Source of the DNA: an uncultured Clostridia bacterium
GTDB taxonomy: Bacteria; Bacillota; Clostridia; Christensenellales; Aristaeellaceae
Direction of reading: 5' to 3'
NCBI GenBank assembly: GCA_934615235.1
Contig: CAKTTL010000002.1
Span: 6,184-70,183, forward strand
DNA: 64,000 bases
Part shown: one piece after another, positions 17,577 to 29,911 of the stretch
How the letters are laid out: each line of letters opens with the position of its first letter
Numbering within the stretch: the stretch's first letter is position 1
The notes under the pieces: generated by a model
Seen by the model: the letters and a program-made list of their open reading frames with translations, nothing else
What the model was told of the DNA's origin: nothing
Database searches by the model: none
Position numbers and translations under genes: made by a program

Positions 17577-18281
17577 TCATCCTTCGCGCGAATTATACGG
17601 TATTGCCTTAAAAAACGACGCGGGATAGCGCTTCATCAGCGCTTCCCGGTCGACGCGATAACGGCTCAGGTGCGTTTCCATGACGCGCTGGGCCGTTTTC
17701 TCGTCGCCCTGCGCGATGGCTTCGCAGATGGCACGATGATCGCCGACAATTTCCAGATCGGCGACGGATTCGATGGACATGCCGCGCACGCGGTCGAAAT
17801 GCGCGGTCAGGCCGGTCATCAGCCGGTACGTCTGCTCCTTGCCCGCAATGAGAAACAGTTCGCGGTGAAACGCGTTATCGAGCGCGAGGAGGTTTTCCTT
17901 GCGCCCGGCGGCAAGATCGCATTCCTGCTGCAATACGTTTTCGCGCAGCGCGGCCAGCTGCGCGGGGGAGACCTGCGCGCAGGCGAGGCCCACGACGGCG
18001 ATTTCCAGCGTCCTGCGCAGGAAGCTGGACTCTTCCAGCAGATCGTAATCGATGCGCGCGACGGAGCCGGCCCGCTGCGGGGCCAGCTCGACAAGGCGCG
18101 CTTTTTCCAGCTCGAGCAGCGCTTCCCGCACGGGCGTGCGGGAAAGCCCCAGCTGCAGGGCCAGTTCGTTTTCGCTGATGCGGCAGCCGGGCGTCAGCCC
18201 GAGCGAAATAATGTTTTCCTTCAGCGCGCGCAGCGCGAACTCGCGGCCCGTCTCGCGCGGAAGTCTTTCGGGAATAGTCAT
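17577..18281 (-). CDS. GntR-family (FadR/FCD subfamily) transcriptional regulator
   Basis: Likely start is the ATG at 18281 (MTIPERLPRE..). N-terminal wHTH (..ISENELALQLGLSRTPVREAL..) plus a C-terminal FCD-like helical domain. Confidence 0.8.
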   Translation of the reverse strand: MTIPERLPRETGREFALRALKENIISLGLTPGCRISENELALQLGLSRTPVREALLELEKARLVELAPQRAGSVARIDYDLLEESSFLRRTLEIAVVGLACAQVSPAQLAALRENVLQQECDLAAGRKENLLALDNAFHRELFLIAGKEQTYRLMTGLTAHFDRVRGMSIESVADLEIVGDHRAICEAIAQGDEKTAQRVMETHLSRYRVDREALMKRYPASFFKAIPYNSREG

Positions 18282-18292
18282 GGCTTCGCCCC

Positions 18293-19369
18293 TCAGCTGC
18301 GCGAAAGCTTTTCCACGGCTTCCCACAGGCCGTTGATATAAGCCGCGCCAAGCGCGCGGTCATAAAGCCCGTAGCCCGGCCGTCCCTGTTCGTCCCAGAT
18401 CATTCGGCCGTGATCGGGGCGGACGTATACGTCGGGACAGGTATCGTGGATGGCGCGCATGATTTCGAGCATGTCCAGATCGCCGTCGGAGGAAAGATGG
18501 CTCGATTCGCGGAAGACGCGCGGGCCGAAGCGCTTGACGTTGCGCACGTGCATCGCGCCGATACGGTTCATCGCGCCGAAATGGCGGATGATGGCGGGCA
18601 CGTCGTTTTCGGCGTTGGAACCGAGAGAGCCGGTGCAGACGCAGAGTGTGTTGCATGGGCTGTCGTGCAGTGCGACGAGTTTCTCGAGGTCGTCAAAGCA
18701 GTTGGCGATGCGCGGCAGGCCGAAAAGCGGCCAGGCCGGGTCGTCTGTGTGGCAGGCGAGCTTTACGCCGACCTCTTCGCAGGCGGGGATCACGCCGTCG
18801 AGGAAATAGCGGAAATTTTCGCGCAGGCGGTCGGGCGTCATGCCTTCGTAGCGCGCCATGGTTTCGCGCAGAATGCGCATGCGCTCCGGTTCATAGCCGG
18901 CGAGACTGTAACCGTTGGAGCCGGCGGTCAGGCGGCGCACCATCTCGGAAGGCTCCACGCCTTCGAGATCGCGCTCGTCGTAATACATGCTGTAGGAGCC
19001 GTCTTCGGGGATGAGGCGGGAGAGGTCGGTGCGCATCCAGTCGATGACGGGCATGAAGTTGTAGATGATTACCTTCACGCCGTGCCGCGCGAGGTTGCGG
19101 ACGGTCGTGCGGTAATTTTCGATGTATGTATCGCGCGCGCCTGCGCCGAGCTTGATGTCCTCGTGGATATTGACGCTCTCGATTACCTCGCAGGCCAGGC
19201 CGGATTCATGGACGGTTTCCATATAGGCGGCGATTTCGCCGTCCTCCCAGACCTCGCCGGGGTTTTTATCGAGCAGGCCCATCAGGCCGGTCATGCCGGG
19301 AATCTGGCGGATATAGCGCAGGGGGATCGGGTCGGCTTCGGGGCCGTACCAGCGGAAGGTCATTTTCAT
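18293..19369 (-). CDS. uxuA: Mannonate dehydratase
   Basis: 358 aa starting MKMTFRWYGP..DPIPLRYIRQIPGMTG, characteristic of UxuA. Confidence 0.85.
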   Translation of the reverse strand: MKMTFRWYGPEADPIPLRYIRQIPGMTGLMGLLDKNPGEVWEDGEIAAYMETVHESGLACEVIESVNIHEDIKLGAGARDTYIENYRTTVRNLARHGVKVIIYNFMPVIDWMRTDLSRLIPEDGSYSMYYDERDLEGVEPSEMVRRLTAGSNGYSLAGYEPERMRILRETMARYEGMTPDRLRENFRYFLDGVIPACEEVGVKLACHTDDPAWPLFGLPRIANCFDDLEKLVALHDSPCNTLCVCTGSLGSNAENDVPAIIRHFGAMNRIGAMHVRNVKRFGPRVFRESSHLSSDGDLDMLEIMRAIHDTCPDVYVRPDHGRMIWDEQGRPGYGLYDRALGAAYINGLWEAVEKLSRS

Positions 19370-19432
19370 GATAAATCACGCTCCCATGATCATGATGATG
19401 GGATGATTGTAGCACGGAACAGAGCGGTTTGT

Positions 19433-19450
19433 AAACTGGTATACAAGTTT
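19433..19450. promoter_or_regulatory. Candidate GntR/FadR-type operator upstream of uxuA
   Basis: AAACTGGTATACAAGTTT, palindromic at 16 of 18 positions with a central GTATAC, 64 nt upstream of the uxuA start. Confidence 0.5.
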
Positions 19451-19456
19451 GAACGC

Positions 19457-19489
19457 AAAAAAAGAGCGTCGCGATTGTACGCGGCGCTC
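19457..19489 (-). terminator. Intrinsic terminator of the zinc-ribbon gene
   Basis: On the minus strand, stem GAGCGCCGCG/CGCGACGCTC followed by T7. Confidence 0.7.
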
Positions 19490-19500
19490 CGGGATCTGTG

Positions 19501-19989
19501 TCAGTCGTCGTGATCGTTGCGCTCGTCCAAATCGTCGTCGAAAGGATTGTCGACGTCCAGCGCTTCCAGGTCGGCGATGGGCGGCTCGTCGATGACGATA
19601 TCGTCGTCGATATCCTCCTCGTCGTCGTCCTCCTCCTCGTCGTCACTGTCGCCGTTGGCGTCCATATCGGCGCTGTTGTTCCGCTTGCGCTTGACGGATT
19701 CGATTTCGTCCATCTCGCTGATGTGCGGCACGTCTACGCCGCCCGCGTCGACCTCGGGCGATTCTTCTTCTTCGTCCGTGGAGATCAGGTGGATATAGCG
19801 CAGATCGGCCAGGCAGTGACGGCATACGTCCTCGCCCGGCAGCGCGGGTTCTTCGCCGCACACGGAGCACATGACGACGGAATCGTCCCGGCCGCGCGCG
19901 CCGCTGACTTCCTCGCGGCATACGGAGCACAGATCGCCGTCATCCAGAATATAGTTCAATTCGCATCGCGGACATTTACGCAGAGCCAT
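19501..19989 (-). CDS. Hypothetical double zinc-ribbon protein with a long polyacidic C-terminal tail
   Basis: Likely start is the ATG at 19989 (MALRKCPRC..) after GGAGG. Four CxxC pairs (CPRC, CSVC, CSVC, CRHC). 43 of the last 93 residues are D/E (hand count). Confidence 0.7.
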   Translation of the reverse strand: MALRKCPRCELNYILDDGDLCSVCREEVSGARGRDDSVVMCSVCGEEPALPGEDVCRHCLADLRYIHLISTDEEEESPEVDAGGVDVPHISEMDEIESVKRKRNNSADMDANGDSDDEEEDDDEEDIDDDIVIDEPPIADLEALDVDNPFDDDLDERNDHDD

Positions 19990-20022
19990 GAATTGCCTCC
20001 TTGAGCTTCCCTTTATATATTT

Positions 20023-20108
20023 CGAGCGGATTTTTTTCGTCAGTTCAAGGCGGAAAGATCCGTCCGAATGCAGAAGGACGCCACCCACTGGATGGCGCTT
20101 CCTTAAAA
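20023..20108 (-). repeat. Degenerate, truncated relic of the MITE-like element (inverted orientation)
   Basis: CGAGCGGATTTTTTTCGTCAGTTCAAGG matches the reverse complement of the element's 3' part. The rest aligns with gaps, and both termini are missing. Confidence 0.5.
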
Positions 20109-20210
20109 CGCGCTCAACTCTCGGGCTGCAATATAGCACAATACAAGGTATTCGGCAAGCCTTTTTTTCAAATAAATGAATGTTTTTGCGAAAAATAAAG
20201 CCATATTACG

Positions 20211-20242
20211 AAAAAAGGCCGGAAACATAAATGTTTCCGACC
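20211..20242 (-). terminator. Intrinsic terminator downstream of gyrA
   Basis: On the minus strand, GGTCGGAAACAT-TT-ATGTTTCCGGCC followed by TTTTTT. Confidence 0.8.
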
Positions 20243-20255
20243 TTCTGAGCGGTTC

Positions 20256-22751
<2,496 letters not shown>

Positions 22752-22775
22752 TCTGATTCCCTTTCTTGGCTGTTA

Positions 22776-24716
<1,941 letters not shown>

Positions 24717-24820
24717 TTACGAACAGTTGATGAGCGAAACAAAGTTCGCAGAAAAACGCCAAAAAAGTTCTTGTGGCATACAAAAAGAATTATATCATAT
24801 TTTGCGCCAAAAGGGAAGAA

Positions 24821-24848
24821 AAAACCGCCGAAACCGGCGGTTTTTTCT
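24821..24848. terminator. Bidirectional-looking hairpin terminator between the RemB-like gene and the gyrB promoter region
   Basis: AAAAAA-CCGCCG-AAAC-CGGCGG-TTTTTT. Confidence 0.65.
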
Positions 24849-24851
24849 TAT

Positions 24852-25049
24852 TTATATGTCGCGTTCGTCCGGCAGCGGCAGCACCTGCCCGAGCCGTTTG
24901 GCGACGGTACGCGCGAGCACGTTCGTATGCGCGACGGAACCGTCCGCAAAGACGACCGCGGCAACCTCCTTGCCCTCGGCGTTTCGCTCCGGCAGCATGA
25001 TGACAATTTCGCGCTCGTCCGCCGCGCGGCCGTCTCCCAGGTGAATCAT
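24852..25049 (-). CDS. DUF370/RemB(YaaB)-like small protein
   Basis: 65 aa starting MIHLGDG.. It sits directly upstream of gyrB, matching the conserved remB(yaaB)-gyrB position. Sequence resemblance is weak. Confidence 0.45.
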   Translation of the reverse strand: MIHLGDGRAADEREIVIMLPERNAEGKEVAAVVFADGSVAHTNVLARTVAKRLGQVLPLPDERDI

Positions 25050-25717
25050 CCCGGCGCCCCGGCGCGCCTGCGCGCCATCATCGGCTCGGTTACTTTATCG
25101 CGGAAGAGCGAAATCAGCGGCCCCATGCAGAAAGCCGTAATCAGCGTCCCGACGCCCGGCACATAGCCCAGCGCGAGGCCGATGAGCACGCAGACAAGGT
25201 CGGTGCCGATGCGGCAGAAACGGAAAGGCGCGACTTTTTTTGCCGCCAGATGCAGCGCGATGGAATCGTAAACCGATACGCCCAGACTGGCCGTATAGTA
25301 CAGCGCGGCCGCGAAACTGATCATCACGAGCGCCGCGGCGAGCAGCACGACGCGCAGCGCGACGGACGGCGCGGGAAACGCGAGACGCAGCAGCCAGTCG
25401 AACAGATCGACCAGATAACCGATGAGAAACAGGTTGAGCATCGTCGTTACGCCGACATAGCGCGGGTTGAGCAGCAGCGTGATAATCAGAAACACGATGC
25501 ACAAAAGCAGGTACATCGTTCCGTAGGAAAAGGGAACCACACGTTCCAGACCGTTGCACAGGCACTGGAAGGGTTCTACGCCGAAATCGGCGATTCGCAT
25601 AAGCGAAATGCACAGCGCGCACACGAGCACGCCGAGCGCGGCCATGCCGAGCCGGCAGCGCTTGACGCCGGGCCTGAAGTATTCTTTCGTTCCGTTCCAC
25701 AGCGCAGAAGCGTTCAT
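25046..25717 (-). CDS. YczE/YitT-like integral membrane protein
   Basis: 223-aa polytopic membrane ORF with a 4-nt overlap with the downstream small gene. Confidence 0.5.
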   Translation of the reverse strand: MNASALWNGTKEYFRPGVKRCRLGMAALGVLVCALCISLMRIADFGVEPFQCLCNGLERVVPFSYGTMYLLLCIVFLIITLLLNPRYVGVTTMLNLFLIGYLVDLFDWLLRLAFPAPSVALRVVLLAAALVMISFAAALYYTASLGVSVYDSIALHLAAKKVAPFRFCRIGTDLVCVLIGLALGYVPGVGTLITAFCMGPLISLFRDKVTEPMMARRRAGAPG

Positions 25718-25898
25718 TGATGCAGTTCCTCCAAAGCGGTAATAAAGCGGAAATGATTATAGGTTCAGCGGGGCTGCTTGTCAACCTTTGGCGCGCAGGC
25801 GCGCTGAAAAAAGCCGGAAAACCCTCTTTTCTTCGCTCATCGCCGCGTTTTGCCGCTCATAAACCGCGGAAAAAACGCTGAAAGCATCGTTTCCCGCC

Positions 25899-25927
25899 TT
25901 GTCTATAAAGAACAGCTGTTGTATAAT
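25899..25927 (+). promoter_or_regulatory. Sigma-70-type promoter for the xpaC-like gene
   Basis: TTGTCT (25899-25904), 17-nt spacer, TATAAT (25922-25927) with an upstream TGT. Confidence 0.55.
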
Positions 25928-25952
25928 AGCAGCCATGAGAGGAGGGCGCGCG

Positions 25953-26624
25953 TTGAAAAAAGTTGAGGTCAACGAGCAAGGCGTCAGGCAGGAGATTACC
26001 CGAACCGCTTCGGGAATGCCCTATGCGCTGGCGGGCGCCGTGTTTTTTCTGGTTGCGGGAACAAATTCCCTGTGTTCCTTGTCGAGCTATATCTGGCCCG
26101 TCGTCGCGGCGGTGATCGCGTTCAAGATTGGTAAAGGAATCTGGAAAGGGTCGGAGACGGTGACGGAGCTGAAGCCCGATACGGGCGACGCGCAGTGCGA
26201 CGCGCTGCTTGTGGAAGCGCGCGAGACGCTGGCGGCCATCCGCAAGACGGACGAGGGTATCGCCGACGAAGGCGTGTCGCAGTGCATCCGGGAGATCGAT
26301 CAGATCTGCCTGCAGATTCTGGCGAAGCTGGAGGAGCAGCCGGATCTGTACAGCCAGCTGCGGACGTTCCTGCGGTATTATCTGCCGACGACGCGAAAGA
26401 TTCTGGATAACCGCGCGCTGATTGAGCAGCGCGGGATGATGGACGAGGAAAACGCGAAGGCTGTCTGCGAACGCACGGACCGGCTGCTGCCGGAAATCCG
26501 CCGCGCGTTCCAGAAGCAGCTGGACGCGCTCAACGAGCATAGCTACCTGGATGTAGAAGTGGAAATGGACGTGCTGGAAGGCATGATGAAGGGCGACGGC
26601 TATACGGCCACACAGGGCCAGTAA
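25953..26624 (+). CDS. xpaC: XpaC-like (5-bromo-4-chloroindolyl phosphate hydrolysis) protein
   Basis: The track ORF starts at 25899, but the promoter -10 lies inside it. TTG at 25953, 7 nt after GAGAGGAGGG, is the more likely start. It has two N-terminal TM segments plus a helical domain and is adjacent to telA, as in B. subtilis xpaC-yaaN. Confidence 0.6.
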   Translation: MKKVEVNEQGVRQEITRTASGMPYALAGAVFFLVAGTNSLCSLSSYIWPVVAAVIAFKIGKGIWKGSETVTELKPDTGDAQCDALLVEARETLAAIRKTDEGIADEGVSQCIREIDQICLQILAKLEEQPDLYSQLRTFLRYYLPTTRKILDNRALIEQRGMMDEENAKAVCERTDRLLPEIRRAFQKQLDALNEHSYLDVEVEMDVLEGMMKGDGYTATQGQ

Positions 26625-26795
26625 CGCAAACGGAAGCCCCAAGCGGAAGGTGCAGGGAACTCAGTTCCCTGCCAGGGGCGCGGGGACAGCGTCCCCGCCG
26701 TTCCTGTCCCGATGCGCCGCAGGCGCATAATAAGCGCGCAATGCCGCCGCAAAAAGCGGCGCAGCCGCCCAAAATAATGAAGGAGGATCTCTCAC

Positions 26796-27926
26796 ATGGA
26801 AAATAACGCCGTTGAAACCCTGGACGCGCAGAGCACTGCCGTGAAGATGCCTGAAGATATCACCCTGGGTCAGCTGTCTGAAAAGGATCAGCAGGCCGTG
26901 CGCGATTACGCTGAAAAGATCGACGTCTCCAACGCGTCCGAGGTGCTGCAGTACGGCTCCGCTGCGCAGCAGAAGCTGACCGTCTTCGCCGATACCGCCC
27001 TTGCCAACGCGCGCACGAAGGATACCGGCGTCGTCGGAGATACCCTTGCGGGCCTCGTCGCGCAGCTGCAGGGCTTCGCTCCCGCAGAGGAAAAGAAGGG
27101 GTTCCTCGGGCTGTTCAAGCGCACCGGCAACCAGCTCGCCACGATGAAAGCGCGCTATGATAAGGTCAGCGTGTCTGTGGACGAGGTCGCCAATAACCTC
27201 GAAGATCATCGGATCAGCCTGCTGAAGGATATCGCGATGTTCGACCGTCTCTATGAGGAGAACGCTGAATATTACCGCCAGCTGTGCTTCTATATCATCG
27301 CCGGGAAGGAAAAGATTGAAGCTCTGCGCACCAACGATCTGGAAGCCGCCCGCGCAAAGGCTGCCGAAACCGGCGATCCCGCCGACGCGCAGGCCGCCAA
27401 CGACCTTGCCGCCGCGATCGACCGCTTCGAAAAGAAGGTCTACGATCTCGAACTGACCCGCCAGATCAGCATCCAGATGGCTCCGCAGATTCGTCTGCTG
27501 CAGAATAACGACTCGCTGCTGGCCGACAAGATTCATTCCGCGCTCGTCAATACGCTGCCGCTCTGGAAGAGCCAGATGGTTCTCGCGCTCGGCCTTGAAA
27601 ACAGCCGCAGCGCGCTGAAGGCTTCGCAGGCCGTCAGCGATGCGACGAACCAGATGCTCCGCCAGAACGCCGAGCAGCTCAAGCAGGGCACGATCGCCAC
27701 TGCGCGCGAGGCCGAGCGCAGCATCGTCGATATCGAAACCCTCGTGGCGACGAACCAGTCCCTGATCGAAACGCTGACCGAGGTCGAAAACATCCAGACC
27801 GAGGGCCGCGCCAAGCGCGCCGAGGCTGAGAACAAGCTGCAGGAAATGGAGGATCAGCTCAAGGAAAAGCTGCTCTCCGTGCGTCAGACGGCTATTAAAA
27901 ATACTCCCAACAAGCCTGAAGCCTGA
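26796..27926 (+). CDS. telA: TelA/YaaN-family toxic anion resistance protein
   Basis: 376-aa all-helical protein with TelA-like N-terminal and central blocks (..QYGSAAQQKL.., ..YYRQLCFYIIAG..). Confidence 0.75.
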   Translation: MENNAVETLDAQSTAVKMPEDITLGQLSEKDQQAVRDYAEKIDVSNASEVLQYGSAAQQKLTVFADTALANARTKDTGVVGDTLAGLVAQLQGFAPAEEKKGFLGLFKRTGNQLATMKARYDKVSVSVDEVANNLEDHRISLLKDIAMFDRLYEENAEYYRQLCFYIIAGKEKIEALRTNDLEAARAKAAETGDPADAQAANDLAAAIDRFEKKVYDLELTRQISIQMAPQIRLLQNNDSLLADKIHSALVNTLPLWKSQMVLALGLENSRSALKASQAVSDATNQMLRQNAEQLKQGTIATAREAERSIVDIETLVATNQSLIETLTEVENIQTEGRAKRAEAENKLQEMEDQLKEKLLSVRQTAIKNTPNKPEA

Positions 27927-27943
27927 AATCGAGGGGAGAGAGA

Positions 27944-28465
27944 ATGAAAGAAAAGCTGAACAAGCTGCCGCAGGCCGCGGGCGTTGCGATTCTCGTGGTC
28001 TGCATCTTCGGCGGCGTGGCGCTGGGCAACGGCAACGCGCTGCGTTCCGCCACGCGCGAGGCGAATAAGAGCCTGCCCGCCGTCGAACAGATTCTTTCCG
28101 AGCGGACGGGCAAGGCGAGCAACCTCGTCACGCTTTGCGAGCGCTACATCCCGCAGAGCGACGCGACCGCCCAGCTGAAAGACGCGCGCAACGCCGTTTC
28201 CGCCGCGCGCAGCGCGGAAGAAATGTACGACGCGAACCTGCGCCTCTCCGGCGCGGCCGAGGCGGCGCATATCGCGCTGAACCAGGCCGAGATGACCGAC
28301 ACGGACAAAAAGCTTCTCACCGGCGTGCTGGACGAGCTGCTCAGCTCGCAGCTGCAGCTGGAGCGCGAGAGCAGGAACTATAACGAAAAAATTGACAAAG
28401 CCGTCTCGGTTTATCACAAGCTGCCCACGCAGTTCCTCCATGAGGAGCCCAAGGGCTTTGAATAA
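27944..28465 (+). CDS. LemA-like membrane-anchored protein
   Basis: 173 aa with an N-terminal TM, a helical body and a C-terminal ..RNYNEKIDKAVSVYHKLP.. block resembling the LemA end motif. It precedes a TPM-domain gene, the usual LemA-TPM pairing. Confidence 0.45.
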   Translation: MKEKLNKLPQAAGVAILVVCIFGGVALGNGNALRSATREANKSLPAVEQILSERTGKASNLVTLCERYIPQSDATAQLKDARNAVSAARSAEEMYDANLRLSGAAEAAHIALNQAEMTDTDKKLLTGVLDELLSSQLQLERESRNYNEKIDKAVSVYHKLPTQFLHEEPKGFE

Positions 28466-28480
28466 CCGAAAAGGAAAGGA

Positions 28481-29515
28481 ATGAAAATGAAGAAATTATC
28501 GCTGCTGCTTGCCGTTTTGTGCTGCCTGCTGCTGCCGCTGCAGTCGCTGGCCGCCATCCCGGAAGCTCCGGCGGACGGCCAGAGCCTCTACGTGCTCGAC
28601 GCTGCGAACGTCATCGATTCCGCGGATGAAAACGCGATGCTCGCTCTGGGCGCGGCGCTGGACGACGCGTCTACGGCGCAGGTCGTCGCGGTAACGGTTG
28701 AGTTTCTCGACGGGATGAGCGCCGAAGAATACGCCTATCAGCTTTTTAACAGCTGGGGCATCGGCAGCGCAAAGGAAGAAAACGGCGTGCTGCTCCTGCT
28801 GTCGGTTGGAGAGCGCGAATACTGGGTGACGCTCGGCAAAGGCATCGAGAAAAAGCTGACCGTCTCCAAGGCGACGGAAATTGTGGACGACACCGCGCTG
28901 GACTCTTTTGCCGCGGGCGATTATTCCAGCGGCATGCGCGCGGCGTATGAAGGCCTCTGCGAACGCGTAGCCGAGATTTACAGCGTTTCGCTGGATACGG
29001 CCGCATTGGGGGCGCAGAGCGCCCTGAACGAACAGCCGGCGACGGGTTCCCTTGTGAGCGAACCGCAGCAGGCGCCTGTCGCGGCCAGCCCTGCAAAAGG
29101 AGGTGGGTTTGTGGGCCTGATCGTAACGATCATCGTATTGGTGATTCTCTTTAACATTCTGCGCGGCATTTTCCGCGGCGCGACACGTCCGCGCTGGTGG
29201 TGGTTCTTCGGCCCGCGGCCGCATCATCCGCGTCCGCCCCGTCCTCCGCGCCCGCACGGCCCCCGCGGCCCGATGGGCGGCGATCCTTACGGCCCCGGTC
29301 CCGGCCCGCGCCAGCCGCGCGCGCCCCGGCCTCCGATGGGCGGCGCTGCCCGTTCTTCGCGTCCTCCGCGCAGCTCCGGCGGCTTTGGCGGTTTCGGCAG
29401 CTTTGGCGGCGGTTCCAGCCGCGGCGGCGGTGGCGGCGGTCACTTTGGCGGTGGCGGCGGCCGCAGCTTCGGCGGCGGTTCGACTCGCGGCGGCGGCGGT
29501 GGCCGCAAGTTTTAA
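28481..29515 (+). CDS. TPM-domain (YgcG-like) protein with a TM segment and a Pro/Arg/Gly-rich low-complexity tail
   Basis: Signal peptide, TPM block (LYVLDAANVI..VVAVTVEFLDG..GVLLLLSVGEREYWVTLGKG..), TM (FVGLIVTIIVLVILF), then PRPPRPPRP...GGGGGG repeats. Confidence 0.75.
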   Translation: MKMKKLSLLLAVLCCLLLPLQSLAAIPEAPADGQSLYVLDAANVIDSADENAMLALGAALDDASTAQVVAVTVEFLDGMSAEEYAYQLFNSWGIGSAKEENGVLLLLSVGEREYWVTLGKGIEKKLTVSKATEIVDDTALDSFAAGDYSSGMRAAYEGLCERVAEIYSVSLDTAALGAQSALNEQPATGSLVSEPQQAPVAASPAKGGGFVGLIVTIIVLVILFNILRGIFRGATRPRWWWFFGPRPHHPRPPRPPRPHGPRGPMGGDPYGPGPGPRQPRAPRPPMGGAARSSRPPRSSGGFGGFGSFGGGSSRGGGGGGHFGGGGGRSFGGGSTRGGGGGRKF

Positions 29516-29534
29516 GCGAATTGTTGAATTGGCA

Positions 29535-29571
29535 GGGGGATCCCTTTCGAAAGAGAGGATCCCCCTTTTTT
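29535..29571 (+). terminator. Intrinsic terminator after the TPM gene
   Basis: GGGGGATCC-loop-GGATCCCCC followed by TTTTTT. Confidence 0.8.
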
Positions 29572-29621
29572 GCGGGCGGATGCGGACAAACGGACATTTT
29601 TCAAAAAATGTAAAAAAGCTC

Positions 29622-29650
29622 TTGACAGATCAGCAGACTGCGATTATAAT
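29622..29650 (+). promoter_or_regulatory. Consensus sigma-70 promoter of the tRNA cluster
   Basis: TTGACA (29622-29627), 17-nt spacer, TATAAT (29645-29650). Confidence 0.8.
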
Positions 29651-29668
29651 ATACACCGTTGACAGCGC

Positions 29669-29749
29669 GCGGGCGTGGCGGAATGGCAGACGCGCTGGAT
29701 TTAGGTTCCAGTGCCTTACGGCGTGAGAGTTCAAGTCTCTCCGTCCGCA
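29669..29749 (+). tRNA. tRNA-Leu (anticodon UAG), long variable arm, CCA not encoded
   Basis: Acceptor GCGGGCG/CGTCCGC, anticodon arm CTGGA-TTTAGGT-TCCAG, T arm GAGAG-TTCAAGT-CTCTC. Ends may be off by 1-2 nt. Confidence 0.85.
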
Positions 29750-29769
29750 CTGAGTAATCTTTGGAGCAT

Positions 29770-29844
29770 GCGGTAGTAGCTCAGTGGTAGAGTGCCACCT
29801 TGCCAAGGTGGATGTCGCGGGTCCGAATCCCGTCTACCGCTCCA
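29770..29844 (+). tRNA. tRNA-Gly (anticodon GCC), CCA encoded, non-canonical T-loop TCCGAAT
   Basis: Acceptor GCGGTAG/CTACCGC, anticodon arm CCACC-TTGCCAA-GGTGG, T arm GCGGG-TCCGAAT-CCCGT. Confidence 0.85.
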
Positions 29845-29911
29845 TACGAGTTGAAGGGGAGTCGTCCCCTTCAATTTGCTATCAAGGTTCACCGCGATAA
29901 GCGGTTCCTTT

